Source of the DNA: Candidatus Methylopumilus sp. | Lineage (GTDB): Bacteria > Pseudomonadota > Gammaproteobacteria > Burkholderiales > Methylophilaceae | Direction: 5' to 3' | Assembly: GCA_036745495.1 (NCBI GenBank) | Contig: DAIOGA010000003.1 | Coordinates: 15,318-79,317 of the forward strand | DNA length: 64,000 nucleotides | Shown here: one piece after another, positions 31,994-44,340 of the stretch | Layout of the letters: every line of letters starts with the position of its first letter | Position numbering within the stretch: the first letter of the stretch is position 1 | The notes under the pieces: generated by a model | The model's database searches: none | The model's input: the letters and a program-made list of their open reading frames with translations, nothing else | Told to the model about the DNA's origin: nothing | Made by a program: the position numbers and the translations under genes

Positions 31994-33145
31994 TTATTCG
32001 CCTTTTTTTCTTAAGAATGCAGGAATATCGTATTCTTCCATGCCTGACATTTTCATAATTTCAACTTGCGCTCTATTCTCATTTGAACTGAATACATCAG
32101 GCTCATCATCGTTAGTTGGTTCATCCTCAATCACAGGGGGCTTATTTTGTATGATTGGCCTAGGTTCGATGCGTGGCATTCTTTGTTTTACATTTTGAGC
32201 TAAACCTGTTGCCACAACGGTGACTCGAATTGAATCTCCCATTGCTTCATCAATGACATTACCAACAATGACAGTAGCATCAATTGCTGCAAACTGTTTA
32301 ATTGTTTCCATTACCTCATGATATTCCTTAAGTGTAAATTTGCTGCTTGCTGAGATGTTCACTAACACTCCACGCGCATTCACTAAATTCACATCTTCTA
32401 AAAGTGGGCTTGCAACTGCAGCTTGAGATGCTTTGTAGGCACGATGCTCACCTTGAGCTACACCCGAACCAATCATAGCCATACCCATTTCACCCATCAC
32501 TGTCTTCACGTCAGCAAAGTCCACATTGACTAAACCGGGACTGTTAATAATTTCTGAAATGCCCGAAACTGCGTTATGCAATACATCGTTAGCAGCATTA
32601 AAGGCTTCTAGGAATGGAATATGTTCGCCCAATACTTCCATTAATTTTTCATTTGGAATAACAATTAAAGAATCCACGTATTGAACTAATTCATTAATAC
32701 CATCTGCAGCTATTGTTGTTCTTTTGCCTTCAAATAAAAAAGGTTTTGTGACAACTGCGATCGTTAAAATACCTAATTCTTTTGCAATTTGCGCAATCAC
32801 TGGCGCAGCTCCTGTTCCAGTTCCGCCGCCCATACCTGCGGTTATAAATAACATATCAGCACCTTTAATGGAGCTAATAATTTTTTCTTTATCATCGATA
32901 GCTGCTTGTTTGCCGATTTCGGGTTTAGCTCCAGCACCTAACCCTTTGGTCATTGCTTGTCCAATTTGCAATATATGACTTGCCCGGCTTTTTTTCAGTG
33001 CTTGCATATCAGTATTAGCACAGATGAATTCAACGCCAGTTAAATTCTTATCGATCATATGATCAATAGCATTCCCGCCACAGCCGCCTACACCAATGAC
33101 TTTTATGATGGCATTTTGTGATTTGCTATCAACAACTTCAAACAT
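31994..33145 (-). CDS. ftsZ: Cell division protein FtsZ
   Basis: [15 protein letters not shown] and C-terminal DIPAFLRK. Confidence 0.99.
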   Translation of the reverse strand: MFEVVDSKSQNAIIKVIGVGGCGGNAIDHMIDKNLTGVEFICANTDMQALKKSRASHILQIGQAMTKGLGAGAKPEIGKQAAIDDKEKIISSIKGADMLFITAGMGGGTGTGAAPVIAQIAKELGILTIAVVTKPFLFEGKRTTIAADGINELVQYVDSLIVIPNEKLMEVLGEHIPFLEAFNAANDVLHNAVSGISEIINSPGLVNVDFADVKTVMGEMGMAMIGSGVAQGEHRAYKASQAAVASPLLEDVNLVNARGVLVNISASSKFTLKEYHEVMETIKQFAAIDATVIVGNVIDEAMGDSIRVTVVATGLAQNVKQRMPRIEPRPIIQNKPPVIEDEPTNDDEPDVFSSNENRAQVEIMKMSGMEEYDIPAFLRKKGE

Positions 33146-33161
33146 ATCCTATCTCCAAGAA

Positions 33162-34400
33162 TTAAAAGTTACCTTGAAACCAATTTTTCATTTTCATGAA
33201 GATTTGGTTTATTGAATTGCCATCAATTTGATTCATCATTTCTTTTTCTAATTGCCCTTTGCCCATAAGCAATAATCCAATACCTGTAGAGTATCTTGGA
33301 TTATCAACAACCTCAGACAAGCCGCCTACATTTCTTGGTGTGCCAATTCTAACTGGCATTCTAAACACACTCTCACCGAGATTAACCATACCTTTCATCA
33401 AGGATGATCCACCTGTAATCACAATGCCAGAAGCTATCATATCTTCCATGCCGCTTCGTTTCAACTCACTTGCAACAAGCTCATAAAGCTCCACCAATCG
33501 AGCTTCAATGACCTCTGCTAATGAAAGCGTTGAAATAGTTTTAGATTCTTTTCCATCTACCACAGGAATTTCAATTTGTTCTGAAGCTGAAGCTAAACTT
33601 CTTGCAGCATAACCATGTTTAATTTTTATCTCTTCAGCTGATGGCAATGGAGTTCTGAACGCCACTGCAATATCGTTATTGATTTGATCGCCAGCAATCG
33701 GAATAACTGCTGTGTGACGAATAGATCCATGTCTTAATACTGCAATATCAGTTGTACCGCCGCCAATATCAACCAAACACACACCTAATTCTTTTTCATC
33801 ATCCGTAAGCACTGCCATACTTGAAGCTAAAGGTTGCAAAACCAATTCAGATACTTCAAGACCACAACGCTTGATACATTTGACAATATTTTGGGCGGCC
33901 GCAATCGCGCCTGTGACAATATGAACCTTTACCTCTAATTTCATACCACTCATACCGAGAGGCTGTCTTACGTCCTCCTGGCCATCGATTACATATTCTT
34001 GCGTCAAAATATGAAGGACTTGTTGATCATTAGGGAGTGTAATAGCGCAAGCAGTCTCAATCACTTTATCCACATCCAACTGGGAAACCTCGGTATCTTT
34101 AATCTTCACCATGCCATGAGAATTGATACTTTTAATATGGCTACCAGCAATACCGGTATATACATCAGTGATTTTACAATTTGCCATGAGCTCTGCTTCT
34201 TCAATCGCTCTTTGAATGGCTTCCATAGTGGAATCGATATTGATGACGACGCCCTTTTTTAATCCTTTTGAGCTATGCTGACCTAATCCAATCACATTTA
34301 ATAAGCCGTCTGGTTGTAATTCAGCCACAATAGCCACAATCTTGGATGTACCGATATCTAGGCCAACGATGAGATTTTTTTCTTCTTTTTGTTTAATCAT
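33162..34400 (-). CDS. ftsA: Cell division protein FtsA
   Basis: VGLDIGTSK, VDIGGGTTD and a C-terminal amphipathic helix. Confidence 0.98.
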   Translation of the reverse strand: MIKQKEEKNLIVGLDIGTSKIVAIVAELQPDGLLNVIGLGQHSSKGLKKGVVINIDSTMEAIQRAIEEAELMANCKITDVYTGIAGSHIKSINSHGMVKIKDTEVSQLDVDKVIETACAITLPNDQQVLHILTQEYVIDGQEDVRQPLGMSGMKLEVKVHIVTGAIAAAQNIVKCIKRCGLEVSELVLQPLASSMAVLTDDEKELGVCLVDIGGGTTDIAVLRHGSIRHTAVIPIAGDQINNDIAVAFRTPLPSAEEIKIKHGYAARSLASASEQIEIPVVDGKESKTISTLSLAEVIEARLVELYELVASELKRSGMEDMIASGIVITGGSSLMKGMVNLGESVFRMPVRIGTPRNVGGLSEVVDNPRYSTGIGLLLMGKGQLEKEMMNQIDGNSINQIFMKMKNWFQGNF

Positions 34401-35131
34401 ATAAGCGGCCTCTCACCACCATCTATTTTTTGAATGGGTTCAGTAGATTTTTTAATAGCAAAACCATTGGGGTATCTTAAGTCAGCCGAACCAATTCTTT
34501 TAACCGAAGCTAAAATATTGTCATACTGAGACGTAAAGCGAGTTAGATTCTCTTCGACGTTATCTTTGCTTAAAATAATTTTCATATTATTAGTTGTTCT
34601 AATGTCCCAAGTGTACCTAGAAGATAGGGAAACTTGCGCAATTTTTAATTGTTTTTTATCTAAAATATTTTGCATTTTTTTGTACTCCAATGCTATGTAA
34701 CTCTCCGTCCCTTCTGGGCCAAAAAATAGCGGCAAGTCTTCATCGGATGCCCCGTGAAAAATTTCACCATTTTCATTAACTAAGGCTATCGCCCCCCATC
34801 TTCCTATTGCTTGATGTTCCTCAACAAAAACTTCTAATTGATCTGGCCAAACTCTTCTTAAACTTACATTTCTAATCCAAGGTAATTTTGTAAACGCTTC
34901 CTTAGTGCTATATAAATCTAAAGAAAAAAAGTTACCTTTAACAAATCGATCTGAAATCATGCTGACTTGATCTTCATCTAGATGTTGATATTGGCCTACC
35001 ACTTTAATTTCTCTAATCGGAAATTTAGCAAAATGCATAAATCGATAACTTAATAAAAAAAGTATCAAAATAATATTAAGTAATAAAACTAAATTACCTA
35101 ACCAATAAATTTTTAAATGGTTATTTAACAT
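34397..35131 (-). CDS. ftsQ: Cell division protein FtsQ
   Basis: TM helix, POTRA region (LPWIRNVSLRRVWPD) and DLRYPNGFA; dcw position. Confidence 0.93.
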   Translation of the reverse strand: MLNNHLKIYWLGNLVLLLNIILILFLLSYRFMHFAKFPIREIKVVGQYQHLDEDQVSMISDRFVKGNFFSLDLYSTKEAFTKLPWIRNVSLRRVWPDQLEVFVEEHQAIGRWGAIALVNENGEIFHGASDEDLPLFFGPEGTESYIALEYKKMQNILDKKQLKIAQVSLSSRYTWDIRTTNNMKIILSKDNVEENLTRFTSQYDNILASVKRIGSADLRYPNGFAIKKSTEPIQKIDGGERPLI

Positions 35132-36029
35132 CTGCAGTTTTTAATATCTCTAAAACTAATTGATCAAAATTAATGCCAATCTCTTTAGCAGCCATCGGTA
35201 CTAAGCTATGGCTTGTCATTCCAGGTGAAGTATTCACTTCTATAAAATAATGATGGCCTTTTTGATCCATCATGAAATCAACGCGACCCCAACTAGAACA
35301 CCCAATTGCTTTAAAAGCCTCTAAGGCTTCTTTGGCGATGAGAGATTCTTTAGCTTTTTCTATGCCTGAAGGGCAAATATATTGCGTATCATCTTTGAGA
35401 TATTTAGCTTCGTAATCATAAAACTCGTTGCTAGGTTTAATTTTAATAACTGGTAGCGTTTTATTGTTCACAATTGCTACTGTATATTCTTCGCCGTCTA
35501 CAAATTTTTCAACGATTACATTTGCATCAATTTTTGATGTCTTTAAAAAAGCTTCTTTATATTGTTGTTCATTTTTAATCTTATCGATCCCAATACTTGA
35601 ACCTTCATTAGATGGCTTTATAAAAAAAGGTGAGCCAATCGAATTGACGATATCTGTATAAGAAGTTTTATCAGTAACTTGTAAAAAATCTGGCGTTGAA
35701 ATGTTAAGCGAGCGCCATAATAATTTTGTTTTGAGCTTATCCATACCAATGGCAGAGCTTGCAGAGTCGCTGCCTGTATAGGCAACATTTTTTGATTTTA
35801 AAAAAGCTTGCATGGATCCATCTTCACCGCCTCGTCCGTGAAGCGCTATAAAGACTCTGTTAAAAGTTTTAATTTCCTCAATATCTCTATCGGATGGATC
35901 AAAAGCTTCTGCTTCAATGCCTAAGCGTTTTAAAGCCTGAAATACGGCGTCACCACTTAAGAGTGAAACGGCTCTTTCGTTTGAGTCGCCCCCCATCAGC
36001 ACTGCAACTTTTCCGAAGTGAGTCGTCAA
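35121..36029 (-). CDS. ddl: D-alanine-D-alanine ligase
   Basis: HGRGGEDG, EGSSIG and EVNTSPGMT. Confidence 0.97.
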   Translation of the reverse strand: MTTHFGKVAVLMGGDSNERAVSLLSGDAVFQALKRLGIEAEAFDPSDRDIEEIKTFNRVFIALHGRGGEDGSMQAFLKSKNVAYTGSDSASSAIGMDKLKTKLLWRSLNISTPDFLQVTDKTSYTDIVNSIGSPFFIKPSNEGSSIGIDKIKNEQQYKEAFLKTSKIDANVIVEKFVDGEEYTVAIVNNKTLPVIKIKPSNEFYDYEAKYLKDDTQYICPSGIEKAKESLIAKEALEAFKAIGCSSWGRVDFMMDQKGHHYFIEVNTSPGMTSHSLVPMAAKEIGINFDQLVLEILKTADVK

Positions 36030-36904
36030 TTTAGAAAGTCTCCTAAAATTTTGACTTCTCTTTCAAGCTTAATCCCTTTTCTTTTAAATACTTCAGACTC
36101 AACATGATCAATAATATCTTCGATATCTTTTGCAGATGCTTTGCCTAAATTGATAATAAAATTCGCATGCTTATCTGATACCTCTGCATTGCCTACCCTA
36201 AAACCTTTTAATCCACTCTCTTCAATGAGTTTTGCTGCAAAAGTATCTTTAGGGTTTCTAAAGGTTGAGCCTGCGGTAGGCCAATTGAGGGGTTGTGTAT
36301 TTTTTCTATGATTTAGATATTCTTTAATCTTACTTTCTGGGTCGGCAGTCATGTCTTTGTTAAAATTAAACCAAGCACCTACAAACCATTCATTTAATTT
36401 AGGCTTAACCACTTCGCGATAAGAAATCAAAAATTCATTTTTTGATCTTGTGACTATATTGCCTTTTTCATCAATCATATTGACTTGGGTCACATAATTC
36501 CATGTTTCAGAACCGTAACATCCAGCATTCATTGCCAATGCACCTCCAACTGTGCCTGGAATACCAGCAAAAAATTCTCCGCCAACATAATGTTCTTTAG
36601 CAAGATTTTTTGCGATCTTTGCACATGTATTACCTGCTTCTGCATACACACCATCATCAGTCATTTGAATTTCATTTAGAGCAGCATGCATGACAATAAC
36701 CGTTCCTCTAATTCCACCATCTCTTACCAAGATATTTGATCCCAATCCAATAAAAGTAAGAGGCTTTAAATATTTTTCTTCTTTTAAGAAATTTTTTAAA
36801 TCTTCTAAATTTTGTGGGGCGAATAAAGTATCTGCAGTTCCTCCTACACGCCAACTGTTGTATTTGTTTAATGACTCATTCTTTAGAATTAATGCGTTTG
36901 TCAT
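36026..36904 (-). CDS. murB: UDP-N-acetylmuramate dehydrogenase
   Basis: GLGSNILVRD, GIPGTVGGALAMNAG, GSTFRNP and KHANFIIN. Confidence 0.96.
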   Translation of the reverse strand: MTNALILKNESLNKYNSWRVGGTADTLFAPQNLEDLKNFLKEEKYLKPLTFIGLGSNILVRDGGIRGTVIVMHAALNEIQMTDDGVYAEAGNTCAKIAKNLAKEHYVGGEFFAGIPGTVGGALAMNAGCYGSETWNYVTQVNMIDEKGNIVTRSKNEFLISYREVVKPKLNEWFVGAWFNFNKDMTADPESKIKEYLNHRKNTQPLNWPTAGSTFRNPKDTFAAKLIEESGLKGFRVGNAEVSDKHANFIINLGKASAKDIEDIIDHVESEVFKRKGIKLEREVKILGDFLN

Positions 36905-38292
36905 ATGTTTACAATATTCAATATATCCTTGGTTACTCTTCCAACCGAACCCGCGCCCATAACAATTAAAATCGAGTCTTGATCAATATGTTGAAGCGCT
37001 GTTTTAGCTAACTCTTTAATGTCTTTTTCAAAAGAAACTTTGTTTTTAATTTTATTCATACTATCCATCATCGCCATGGAACTTACTCCTGGAATTGCTT
37101 TTTCACCAGCTGAATAAATATCAGTGAGAAGTACTTTATCTGCCTTTTGTAATACTCTTACAAATTCATCAAAACAATCTCTTGTCCTGGTATAACGATG
37201 AGGCTGAAAAACAAGATGGATGGATTTATTTGGATAAGCATCCCTCGCTGCATCAAGGACTGCTTCAATTTCAACTGGATGATGTCCATAATCGTCTACC
37301 AGAGTAAAAGATTTTTTATCAAAGATTAAATTTTTATAAGTTTCAAATCTTCGACCCACGCCCTTGAAATGCTTTAAGGCATCAATCGTTTTAGAGATCG
37401 GTATCTCAAGTTCATCAGCTAATGCTATTGCTGCCAGTGCATTTCTCACGTAATGCTTTCCTGGTAGATTCAAAGTCATGTCTTTTTTAACAACATCAGA
37501 GTGTTTAATCGTCACTTTAAAATGCATTTTGCCTGCGTCTGCTTCAACTTCTTCAGCATGCACATCTGCATCATCCGACAAACCATATGTGATGATCGGT
37601 CTAGAAATTTCAGGAAGAATAGATTTAATAACGGGATCGTCAATACAGACAATCACCACACCATAAAAAGGTAATCGATGTATGAATTCGATATATGTTT
37701 TTTTAAGTTTATCAAAATCATTGTCATATGTTTCCATGTGATCTTGATCAATATTTGTCACTACAGAATATACTGGCGTCAAATGTAAAAATGATGCGTC
37801 GGACTCATCTGCCTCAACAACAATATATTCACCATTACCTAGCTTGGCATTTGCATTTAAAGAAGAAAGTCTTCCACCAATAACATAAGTCGGATCCATT
37901 GAGGCTTCTGCCAAAATAGAAGCTATTAAACTCGTTGTTGTTGTTTTGCCGTGAGTACCCGCTACAGCAATGCCCTTTTTAAAGCGCATCAATTCTGAAA
38001 GCATTTCGGCTCTCGGCATAATCGGGATTTTGTTTTTTATAGCGGCTTTTAATTCGGGATTAGCTTTATCGATTGCTGAAGAAATAACAATGACATCAAT
38101 ATCTTTAATATTCTCTGCAGCATGATTAATAAAAATCTTAATACCAAGTTCTTTTAATCTTGAAGTGACTGGCGAATCCTGAATGTCGGAGCCGGAGATA
38201 AAATAACCTAGGTTATGCATCACTTCTGCGATACCGCTCATGCCTGAGCCACCTATACCTACAAAATGAATTCGGTTGATATTGTGTTTCAT
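36901..38292 (-). CDS. murC: UDP-MurNAc-L-alanine ligase
   Basis: GIGGSGMSG, GTHGKTTT, EADESD and DDYGHHP. Confidence 0.98.
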   Translation of the reverse strand: MKHNINRIHFVGIGGSGMSGIAEVMHNLGYFISGSDIQDSPVTSRLKELGIKIFINHAAENIKDIDVIVISSAIDKANPELKAAIKNKIPIMPRAEMLSELMRFKKGIAVAGTHGKTTTTSLIASILAEASMDPTYVIGGRLSSLNANAKLGNGEYIVVEADESDASFLHLTPVYSVVTNIDQDHMETYDNDFDKLKKTYIEFIHRLPFYGVVIVCIDDPVIKSILPEISRPIITYGLSDDADVHAEEVEADAGKMHFKVTIKHSDVVKKDMTLNLPGKHYVRNALAAIALADELEIPISKTIDALKHFKGVGRRFETYKNLIFDKKSFTLVDDYGHHPVEIEAVLDAARDAYPNKSIHLVFQPHRYTRTRDCFDEFVRVLQKADKVLLTDIYSAGEKAIPGVSSMAMMDSMNKIKNKVSFEKDIKELAKTALQHIDQDSILIVMGAGSVGRVTKDILNIVNI

Positions 38293-39362
38293 TTTTTAAT
38301 TAATTGCTCGCATGCTTGATAAATAACTTCTTCAGGTTTTGTTGCTTTATTTTCCAATGCAGCTTTTGACATTTTTAAGCATTCATTTCTTGTCATGTCT
38401 TTAAGTAAACCACTTAATAATTCGGTTGTGAGCTCCTCCTGAATTATAAGTCGCGCGGCTTTCTTATCGCTTAAGTATTTTGCGTTATAAAACTGATGGT
38501 TATCCACAGCAAAAGGGAACGGCACCAATATACTAGGAATGCCTGCCGCCGAAAATTCAGATACCGTGAGAGCGCCAGCCCTTGCTATGACAAGGTCTGC
38601 CCATTCATAAACCTTTTCAATATGGTCCAAATAAGCTCTACAGTCAGCTTTAATGCCACATTTTTTATAATTTTCTTTTAATTCTTCAAAATGTTTCTCG
38701 CCTGATTGATGAATAATCGTTGGTCTATTTTTAGGTTTAATTTGTTTAATACTTAAAGGAATTGTATCGTTAAAAAATTTGGCTCCCAAACTACCGCCCA
38801 CAACAAGTAATCTCAAAGGGCCTTTTCTATCTTTAAATCTTAGGGTGGGTGGTTTAATTTCTCTAATACCATCTCTTACTGGGTTACCAATTTTATGAGA
38901 GGCCCGTATCAATTTAATCGGAAACGCAGAATATATTTGTGTTGCGATCATTGCTAGTAATTTATTGGTGAGGCCTGGAATGGAATTTTGTTCGTGCACA
39001 ATAAGTGGCTTACCCATTAGCCTTGCCATAAGACCGCCTGGAAACGAAACATAACCACCCATAGCAATCACTACATCTGGCTTTTCTTTTTTAATTGCTT
39101 TTGCACATTGTATTAATGCAATCAAAAGTTTAAATGGAAGCTTTAACCAACTTAAAAAGCTTTTGCCTCTAACGCCAGTAATATCAATCATGGCTTTTTG
39201 ATAAGGCTTTTTATCGATTAACTTATTTTCCATGCCATGAGAAGTTCCAAGCCAAGTAATCGACCAACCTTTAGCTTTCAAATAATCGGCAATCGCAATA
39301 CCTGGATAAATGTGGCCTCCAGTGCCTCCTGCGATTATCAATATTTTTTTATGGGATTTCAT
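38289..39362 (-). CDS. murG: Lipid II GlcNAc transferase
   Basis: GGTGGHIYP, HEQN, GGSLGA and RAGALTVSE. Confidence 0.97.
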   Translation of the reverse strand: MKSHKKILIIAGGTGGHIYPGIAIADYLKAKGWSITWLGTSHGMENKLIDKKPYQKAMIDITGVRGKSFLSWLKLPFKLLIALIQCAKAIKKEKPDVVIAMGGYVSFPGGLMARLMGKPLIVHEQNSIPGLTNKLLAMIATQIYSAFPIKLIRASHKIGNPVRDGIREIKPPTLRFKDRKGPLRLLVVGGSLGAKFFNDTIPLSIKQIKPKNRPTIIHQSGEKHFEELKENYKKCGIKADCRAYLDHIEKVYEWADLVIARAGALTVSEFSAAGIPSILVPFPFAVDNHQFYNAKYLSDKKAARLIIQEELTTELLSGLLKDMTRNECLKMSKAALENKATKPEEVIYQACEQLIKK

Positions 39363-39366
39363 GTAG

Positions 39367-40524
39367 TTAAATTCCCCTTAAGCCTCTTCGGTTTTCCCAG
39401 TCAATCCTGAGTAATATAGCAAGCGCAATCATATTAGCTAATATGCCGCTGCCGCCATAAGATAAAAGTGGCAAGGTTAAACCTTTAGTAGGAAGAAGTC
39501 CCATATTCACGCCCATATTAATAATGCCTTGTGTGCCAAACCAAATACCAATGCCCTGAGATAGCAACGCTGAATAATAACTTTCATTAATGATGGCCTC
39601 TTTAGCAATACCAAAAGCTCTAATCACAAGCCATGAAAATAACCCTATGACGATCAGTACACCAAAGAAACCAAATTCTTCAGCTAATACAGCTAAAATA
39701 AAATCGGTATGAGCTTCTGGTAAATAGAGCAATTTTTCGACACTACCCCCTAGTCCTACGCCAAAAAATTCCCCGCGACCAAATGCTATAAGAGCGTGTG
39801 ATAACTGATAACCTTTTCCATAAGGATCAGCCCATGGGTTGAAAAAACCTACTAATCTTTGATATCTATAGTCAGAGCTAAAAATTAATGCTGCCATTCC
39901 AATAGGGGCAACAATACTTAAGCCCATCAGTATTTTTTTATCGATCCCACCTAAAATTAATGTGCACATCGCAATAACTGAAATTACAGCAAATGCGCCG
40001 AAATCTGGCTCGAGTAATAATAATGCACCTATTAAGATGATCACTGATGCCATTGGAAGAAATCCTTTTAAAAAACTACCAATCTCTTTGGATTTTCTCA
40101 AGACATAATCTGATGCATACATCGCTGTAAATAATTTCATAAATTCGGAAGGTTGCATATTTAATATAAATAATGAAATCCAACGTCTACTTCCATTCAC
40201 TACATGGCCAATACCAGGGATAAGTACAAGAATTAAAGACACCATGCCTGCCACGAATAAATAAGGGGACATCTTTTGCCACCAACGAATAGGGATCTGA
40301 AAGGTAATAAATCCACCAATAAACCCTAATAAAATATAAATCGATTGTCTTAGTAAAAAAAAGTAATTTTGATGTTTAGTTAATTTGCTAGATTCAGCAA
40401 AAGAAATTGAAGATGAGTAAACCATAATAAGACCAATCGCGATCAGAATAGACGAAACCCAAAAGAGCCCTTGATCAAAAGAAGGTTTATCTATTGTCGA
40501 TTTATTTGAAAATTTATCGATCAT
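39367..40524 (-). CDS. ftsW: SEDS peptidoglycan glycosyltransferase FtsW
   Basis: QPSEFMK, LPEAHTDFI and LPLLSYGGS. Confidence 0.97.
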   Translation of the reverse strand: MIDKFSNKSTIDKPSFDQGLFWVSSILIAIGLIMVYSSSISFAESSKLTKHQNYFFLLRQSIYILLGFIGGFITFQIPIRWWQKMSPYLFVAGMVSLILVLIPGIGHVVNGSRRWISLFILNMQPSEFMKLFTAMYASDYVLRKSKEIGSFLKGFLPMASVIILIGALLLLEPDFGAFAVISVIAMCTLILGGIDKKILMGLSIVAPIGMAALIFSSDYRYQRLVGFFNPWADPYGKGYQLSHALIAFGRGEFFGVGLGGSVEKLLYLPEAHTDFILAVLAEEFGFFGVLIVIGLFSWLVIRAFGIAKEAIINESYYSALLSQGIGIWFGTQGIINMGVNMGLLPTKGLTLPLLSYGGSGILANMIALAILLRIDWENRRGLRGI

Positions 40525-41870
40525 GATTTATTTTTTAATCTACTTACGCAATCTTTAAAAACTTGTCCGCGATGTACATAATTCTTAAACATATCTGTAC
40601 TTGCGCATGCTGGAGAGAGAAGAATTACATCGCCAGATTTGGCCAATTCAAAAGATTTGATAATTGCTAATTCAAGATTTTTTTCAATGCTTACTGGAAT
40701 TGATTCGTCAGTAAATATCTCTTGCATGATTTTTGCATCTTTACCAATCAAAGCAATATTTTTCACTTTTATTTTAGATGGATTTATTAATGGTTTGAAG
40801 TTCTGATTTTTTCCATCTCCCCCTGCAATAAGCAAGGTTGGCTTGGTCATACTTTGAATAGCAGCAATCGTAGCACCTACGTTAGTACCTTTTGAGTCAT
40901 TATAAAAATCAATGCCTGATATGGAGCCTACATATTCAACACGATGGGGCGGTGCTTTAAATTGACTGATTACTTTTTTAATCACATCATTAGAAATTTT
41001 GAATGGCTCACAAAGCGCCAAAGCGGCCATAATATTTTGTATGTTATGTGCGCCCTTAAGTTTAATTTCATCTACAGAAATAATTTCAGCATTACCTTTT
41101 GCGATGAAATATTGATTTCCATTCTTTTTAATACCGTAATTTTTTAAGTCTAACTGATTTCCAAATGTCACAGAATCTTCATTTATCTGAGATTTAAGAT
41201 ATTCGTCATCTCGATTCAAAATACTATTTTTGGCATGATTAAATATTCTATATTTCGCTTTCGCATATTCTTCAATTGATGAATATCGATCCATATGGTC
41301 TTCTGAAATATTCAATACTGCTGCAGACTCAAGCGCCAATGAATATGTTGTTTCTAATTGATAACTTGATAACTCAAGAACATAAACTTCAGGCGTTTTT
41401 TGATTGAGAGTATTTAATATAGGAGTACCGATATTACCTCCAACAATAGTCGATATGCCTGCTGCTTTTAATAGCTCCCCCACAAGCGAAGTGACTGTTG
41501 TTTTGCCATTCGAGCCTGTAATTCCAATAACTTTTGAACTATTTGATTTAACTTGCGCAAAGATTTCAATATCACCAATTACAGGTATGCCTTGATTTAA
41601 AGCACTCTGAACATAACTTTCTTTTAATGAAACGCCCGGACTAATAATAATTAATTCAATATCATTAATCACTTCATCGTTAAACGCTTCTCCAACAGAG
41701 AATTTAATGCCTTTGAATCTCGCTTTTATTTCATCTAAGTTTTCAAGATTCGATCTTGTATCAATTGCGTGAATAACACATTCTTTATTCATCAAAAAAT
41801 GTAATACGGATTGGCCGGTATCCCCAAGACCAATTACCAAAATTTTTTTCTTATTAAAGTTAATCGTCAT
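40521..41870 (-). CDS. murD: UDP-MurNAc-L-Ala-D-glutamate ligase
   Basis: [24 protein letters not shown] and LSPACAS. Confidence 0.97.
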   Translation of the reverse strand: MTINFNKKKILVIGLGDTGQSVLHFLMNKECVIHAIDTRSNLENLDEIKARFKGIKFSVGEAFNDEVINDIELIIISPGVSLKESYVQSALNQGIPVIGDIEIFAQVKSNSSKVIGITGSNGKTTVTSLVGELLKAAGISTIVGGNIGTPILNTLNQKTPEVYVLELSSYQLETTYSLALESAAVLNISEDHMDRYSSIEEYAKAKYRIFNHAKNSILNRDDEYLKSQINEDSVTFGNQLDLKNYGIKKNGNQYFIAKGNAEIISVDEIKLKGAHNIQNIMAALALCEPFKISNDVIKKVISQFKAPPHRVEYVGSISGIDFYNDSKGTNVGATIAAIQSMTKPTLLIAGGDGKNQNFKPLINPSKIKVKNIALIGKDAKIMQEIFTDESIPVSIEKNLELAIIKSFELAKSGDVILLSPACASTDMFKNYVHRGQVFKDCVSRLKNKS

Positions 41871-42970
41871 CTAATCTTCAGTGATGAGATCCCAATTAAT
41901 ACAAGCATCATTGTGATGATCCAAAATCGAACAACGACTTGAGTTTCTTTCCAGCCTTTTTTTTCGTAATGATGATGAAGTGGGGCCATAAGAAAAATTC
42001 GCTTGCCCACGCCATATTTAAATTTAGTGTATTTAAAGTACATGACTTGGATAGCAACTGAGAAGGTCTCTACTACAAAAATGCCTCCCATAATAAATAA
42101 AACGATTTCTTGTCTTACAATAACTGCGACCGTTCCGATGGCAGCACCTAGAGCAAGTGCGCCCAAATCTCCCATAAAGACTTCTGCAGGGTAAGTGTTA
42201 AACCATAAAAAACCTAAACCAGCACCTGCCATTGCAGTACAAAATATAGCTAATTCACCAGCGCCACTGATATAAGGAATACCTAAATACTTGGCTATAA
42301 CATAATTACCAGCAACATAAGCAAATACACCTAAGGCGCTTGCAACCAAAACTGCTGGCATAATCGCTAATCCATCAAGTCCATCTGTAAGATTTACAGC
42401 ATTACTACTTCCTACGATGACGATATAACTCAAGAGAATAAAAGTAAGTCCATTCATCGAAAAACTTACGTCTTTAACGAAAGGTAGGATAAGTGATGTT
42501 TGTTCAGGAGTAACCGCGTTAGACCAAAGATAAATCGATGCACCAAGACCTATGATTGACTGCCAGAGATATTTTTGGCCCGCACTAATACCATTTGGAT
42601 TTTTATAAATTACTTTTTTTAGGTCGTCTATAAACCCGATAAGGCCAAAGCCAAGGGTGACAATCAACAACACCCAAATATAGTTGTTTCTTATATCTGC
42701 CCACAATAATGTCGACACGATAATCGATACTAATATTAAACCTCCCCCCATAGTAGGTGTGCCTGTTTTAATAAGATGATCTTTGGGGCCATCTGATCTA
42801 ACGGCTTGACCTATATTGTATTGATTAAGTTTTTTAATTAACCATGGGCCAAAGGCAAAAGAAATAACTAGCGATGTAATAGTAGCCATGACCGCTCTTA
42901 AGGTAATGTAATTAAATACATTAAATCCGTGAATTTCTTTTGCTAAAAATTTAAATAATTCGAGCAACAT
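41867..42970 (-). CDS. mraY: Phospho-MurNAc-pentapeptide translocase
   Basis: [19 protein letters not shown] and MAPLHHHYE. Confidence 0.98.
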   Translation of the reverse strand: MLLELFKFLAKEIHGFNVFNYITLRAVMATITSLVISFAFGPWLIKKLNQYNIGQAVRSDGPKDHLIKTGTPTMGGGLILVSIIVSTLLWADIRNNYIWVLLIVTLGFGLIGFIDDLKKVIYKNPNGISAGQKYLWQSIIGLGASIYLWSNAVTPEQTSLILPFVKDVSFSMNGLTFILLSYIVIVGSSNAVNLTDGLDGLAIMPAVLVASALGVFAYVAGNYVIAKYLGIPYISGAGELAIFCTAMAGAGLGFLWFNTYPAEVFMGDLGALALGAAIGTVAVIVRQEIVLFIMGGIFVVETFSVAIQVMYFKYTKFKYGVGKRIFLMAPLHHHYEKKGWKETQVVVRFWIITMMLVLIGISSLKIR

Positions 42971-42993
42971 AATTTTTATCTTTCTTAAAAATT

Positions 42994-44340
42994 TTAAGTA
43001 AGCGCTTCTACCACTTCTTCCATCTTCATAAAACGTGAGCCTTTAATAAGCACACATGAATTTTTTCTTATTTTTGATTTGACGTATTGAATAAGTTCTT
43101 TTTTATTATTAAACCATTTCGCATTACCGTTGCACTTATCAATAGTATGTTTAGTTAATTTACCTATACCTACCACATGTAATGTTTTCTTTTTGTTGAT
43201 ATGGGTCGCGATGGAAGCATGATATTGAGCTGCTTTTTTGCCGAGCTCACCCATATCTCCGATTATTAAGATTTTTTCATAATCTTTATTGGCTAATACA
43301 TCAATTGCCGCCCGCATCGACTCTGGGTTTGCATTGTAAGTATCATCAATCAGCATTGATCCATTAAGGCCTTTTTTTACTTCCAATCTTCCATGAACTG
43401 GCTTAATAGCCTCAATACCTTTTTTAATTGTTTTTAATGGGATTTTCAGAGCAATCGTTGAAGCAACTGCTGCAAGCACATTTTTTAAATTATGCTCCCC
43501 TTGTAATTTCACTTTAATATTGACCGAGCCTTTAGGTGTGTGAATTTGGGAAATGCCCTGCGCTGTTTTCTTAAGATAAACATCAGATTTTTTGTTTAGT
43601 CCAAATGAAATAATTTTTTTAGTTCGAGCTGCATTTTTCATTAGGCTATAAAACTCGTCGTCTCGATTTATGATCGCAGTGCCATCTTTTTTTAAGCCTT
43701 CAAATATTTCTGATTTCGCTTTTGCAATTCCTTTTTTAGATCCAAAAAATTCAATATGTGCTTCAGCAATATTTGTGATCACTGCAATATCAGGTATCGC
43801 AATCTTACTTAAATAACTAATTTCACCCTTATGGTTCATGCCCATTTCAACTACAGCGCATTTTTGTATTTTTTTTATATTTAATAAAGATAAGGGCAAG
43901 CCAATATCATTATTAAAATTTCCCTGACTCATAAGAAGCTTCTTCTTGCTTTTTAGATGTGATGAGACAATGCTGCCAATCATTTCTTTTGTGGTGGTCT
44001 TACCATTGCTCCCAGTAATTGCAACTAAAGGTATTTTTGATTGTGACTTCCAATATTGAGCTAACTTGCCTAAGGCTTCTCGACCGCTTTTCACAATAAT
44101 TTTATTTTTTGTATCTTTCTGATTTGTCGAAATAATTGCAGCAATAGCGCCTTTTTGAATAGCACTTGATGCAAAAAGATCTCCATTAAATTTTTCACCC
44201 TTGATGCCTATAAAAAGATCGTCCTTATGAATGTCTTTACTATTAATAGAAATGCGCTTAATCTTTTTGTTAAGTAGGGCTTCATCTCCCTGATAGGTTC
44301 CGCCAACAATTTTTTTAACCTGATTTAAATTTAGGTTCAT
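42994..44340 (-). CDS. murF: UDP-MurNAc-tripeptide-D-Ala-D-Ala ligase
   Basis: [31 protein letters not shown] and KGSR. Confidence 0.96.
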   Translation of the reverse strand: MNLNLNQVKKIVGGTYQGDEALLNKKIKRISINSKDIHKDDLFIGIKGEKFNGDLFASSAIQKGAIAAIISTNQKDTKNKIIVKSGREALGKLAQYWKSQSKIPLVAITGSNGKTTTKEMIGSIVSSHLKSKKKLLMSQGNFNNDIGLPLSLLNIKKIQKCAVVEMGMNHKGEISYLSKIAIPDIAVITNIAEAHIEFFGSKKGIAKAKSEIFEGLKKDGTAIINRDDEFYSLMKNAARTKKIISFGLNKKSDVYLKKTAQGISQIHTPKGSVNIKVKLQGEHNLKNVLAAVASTIALKIPLKTIKKGIEAIKPVHGRLEVKKGLNGSMLIDDTYNANPESMRAAIDVLANKDYEKILIIGDMGELGKKAAQYHASIATHINKKKTLHVVGIGKLTKHTIDKCNGNAKWFNNKKELIQYVKSKIRKNSCVLIKGSRFMKMEEVVEALT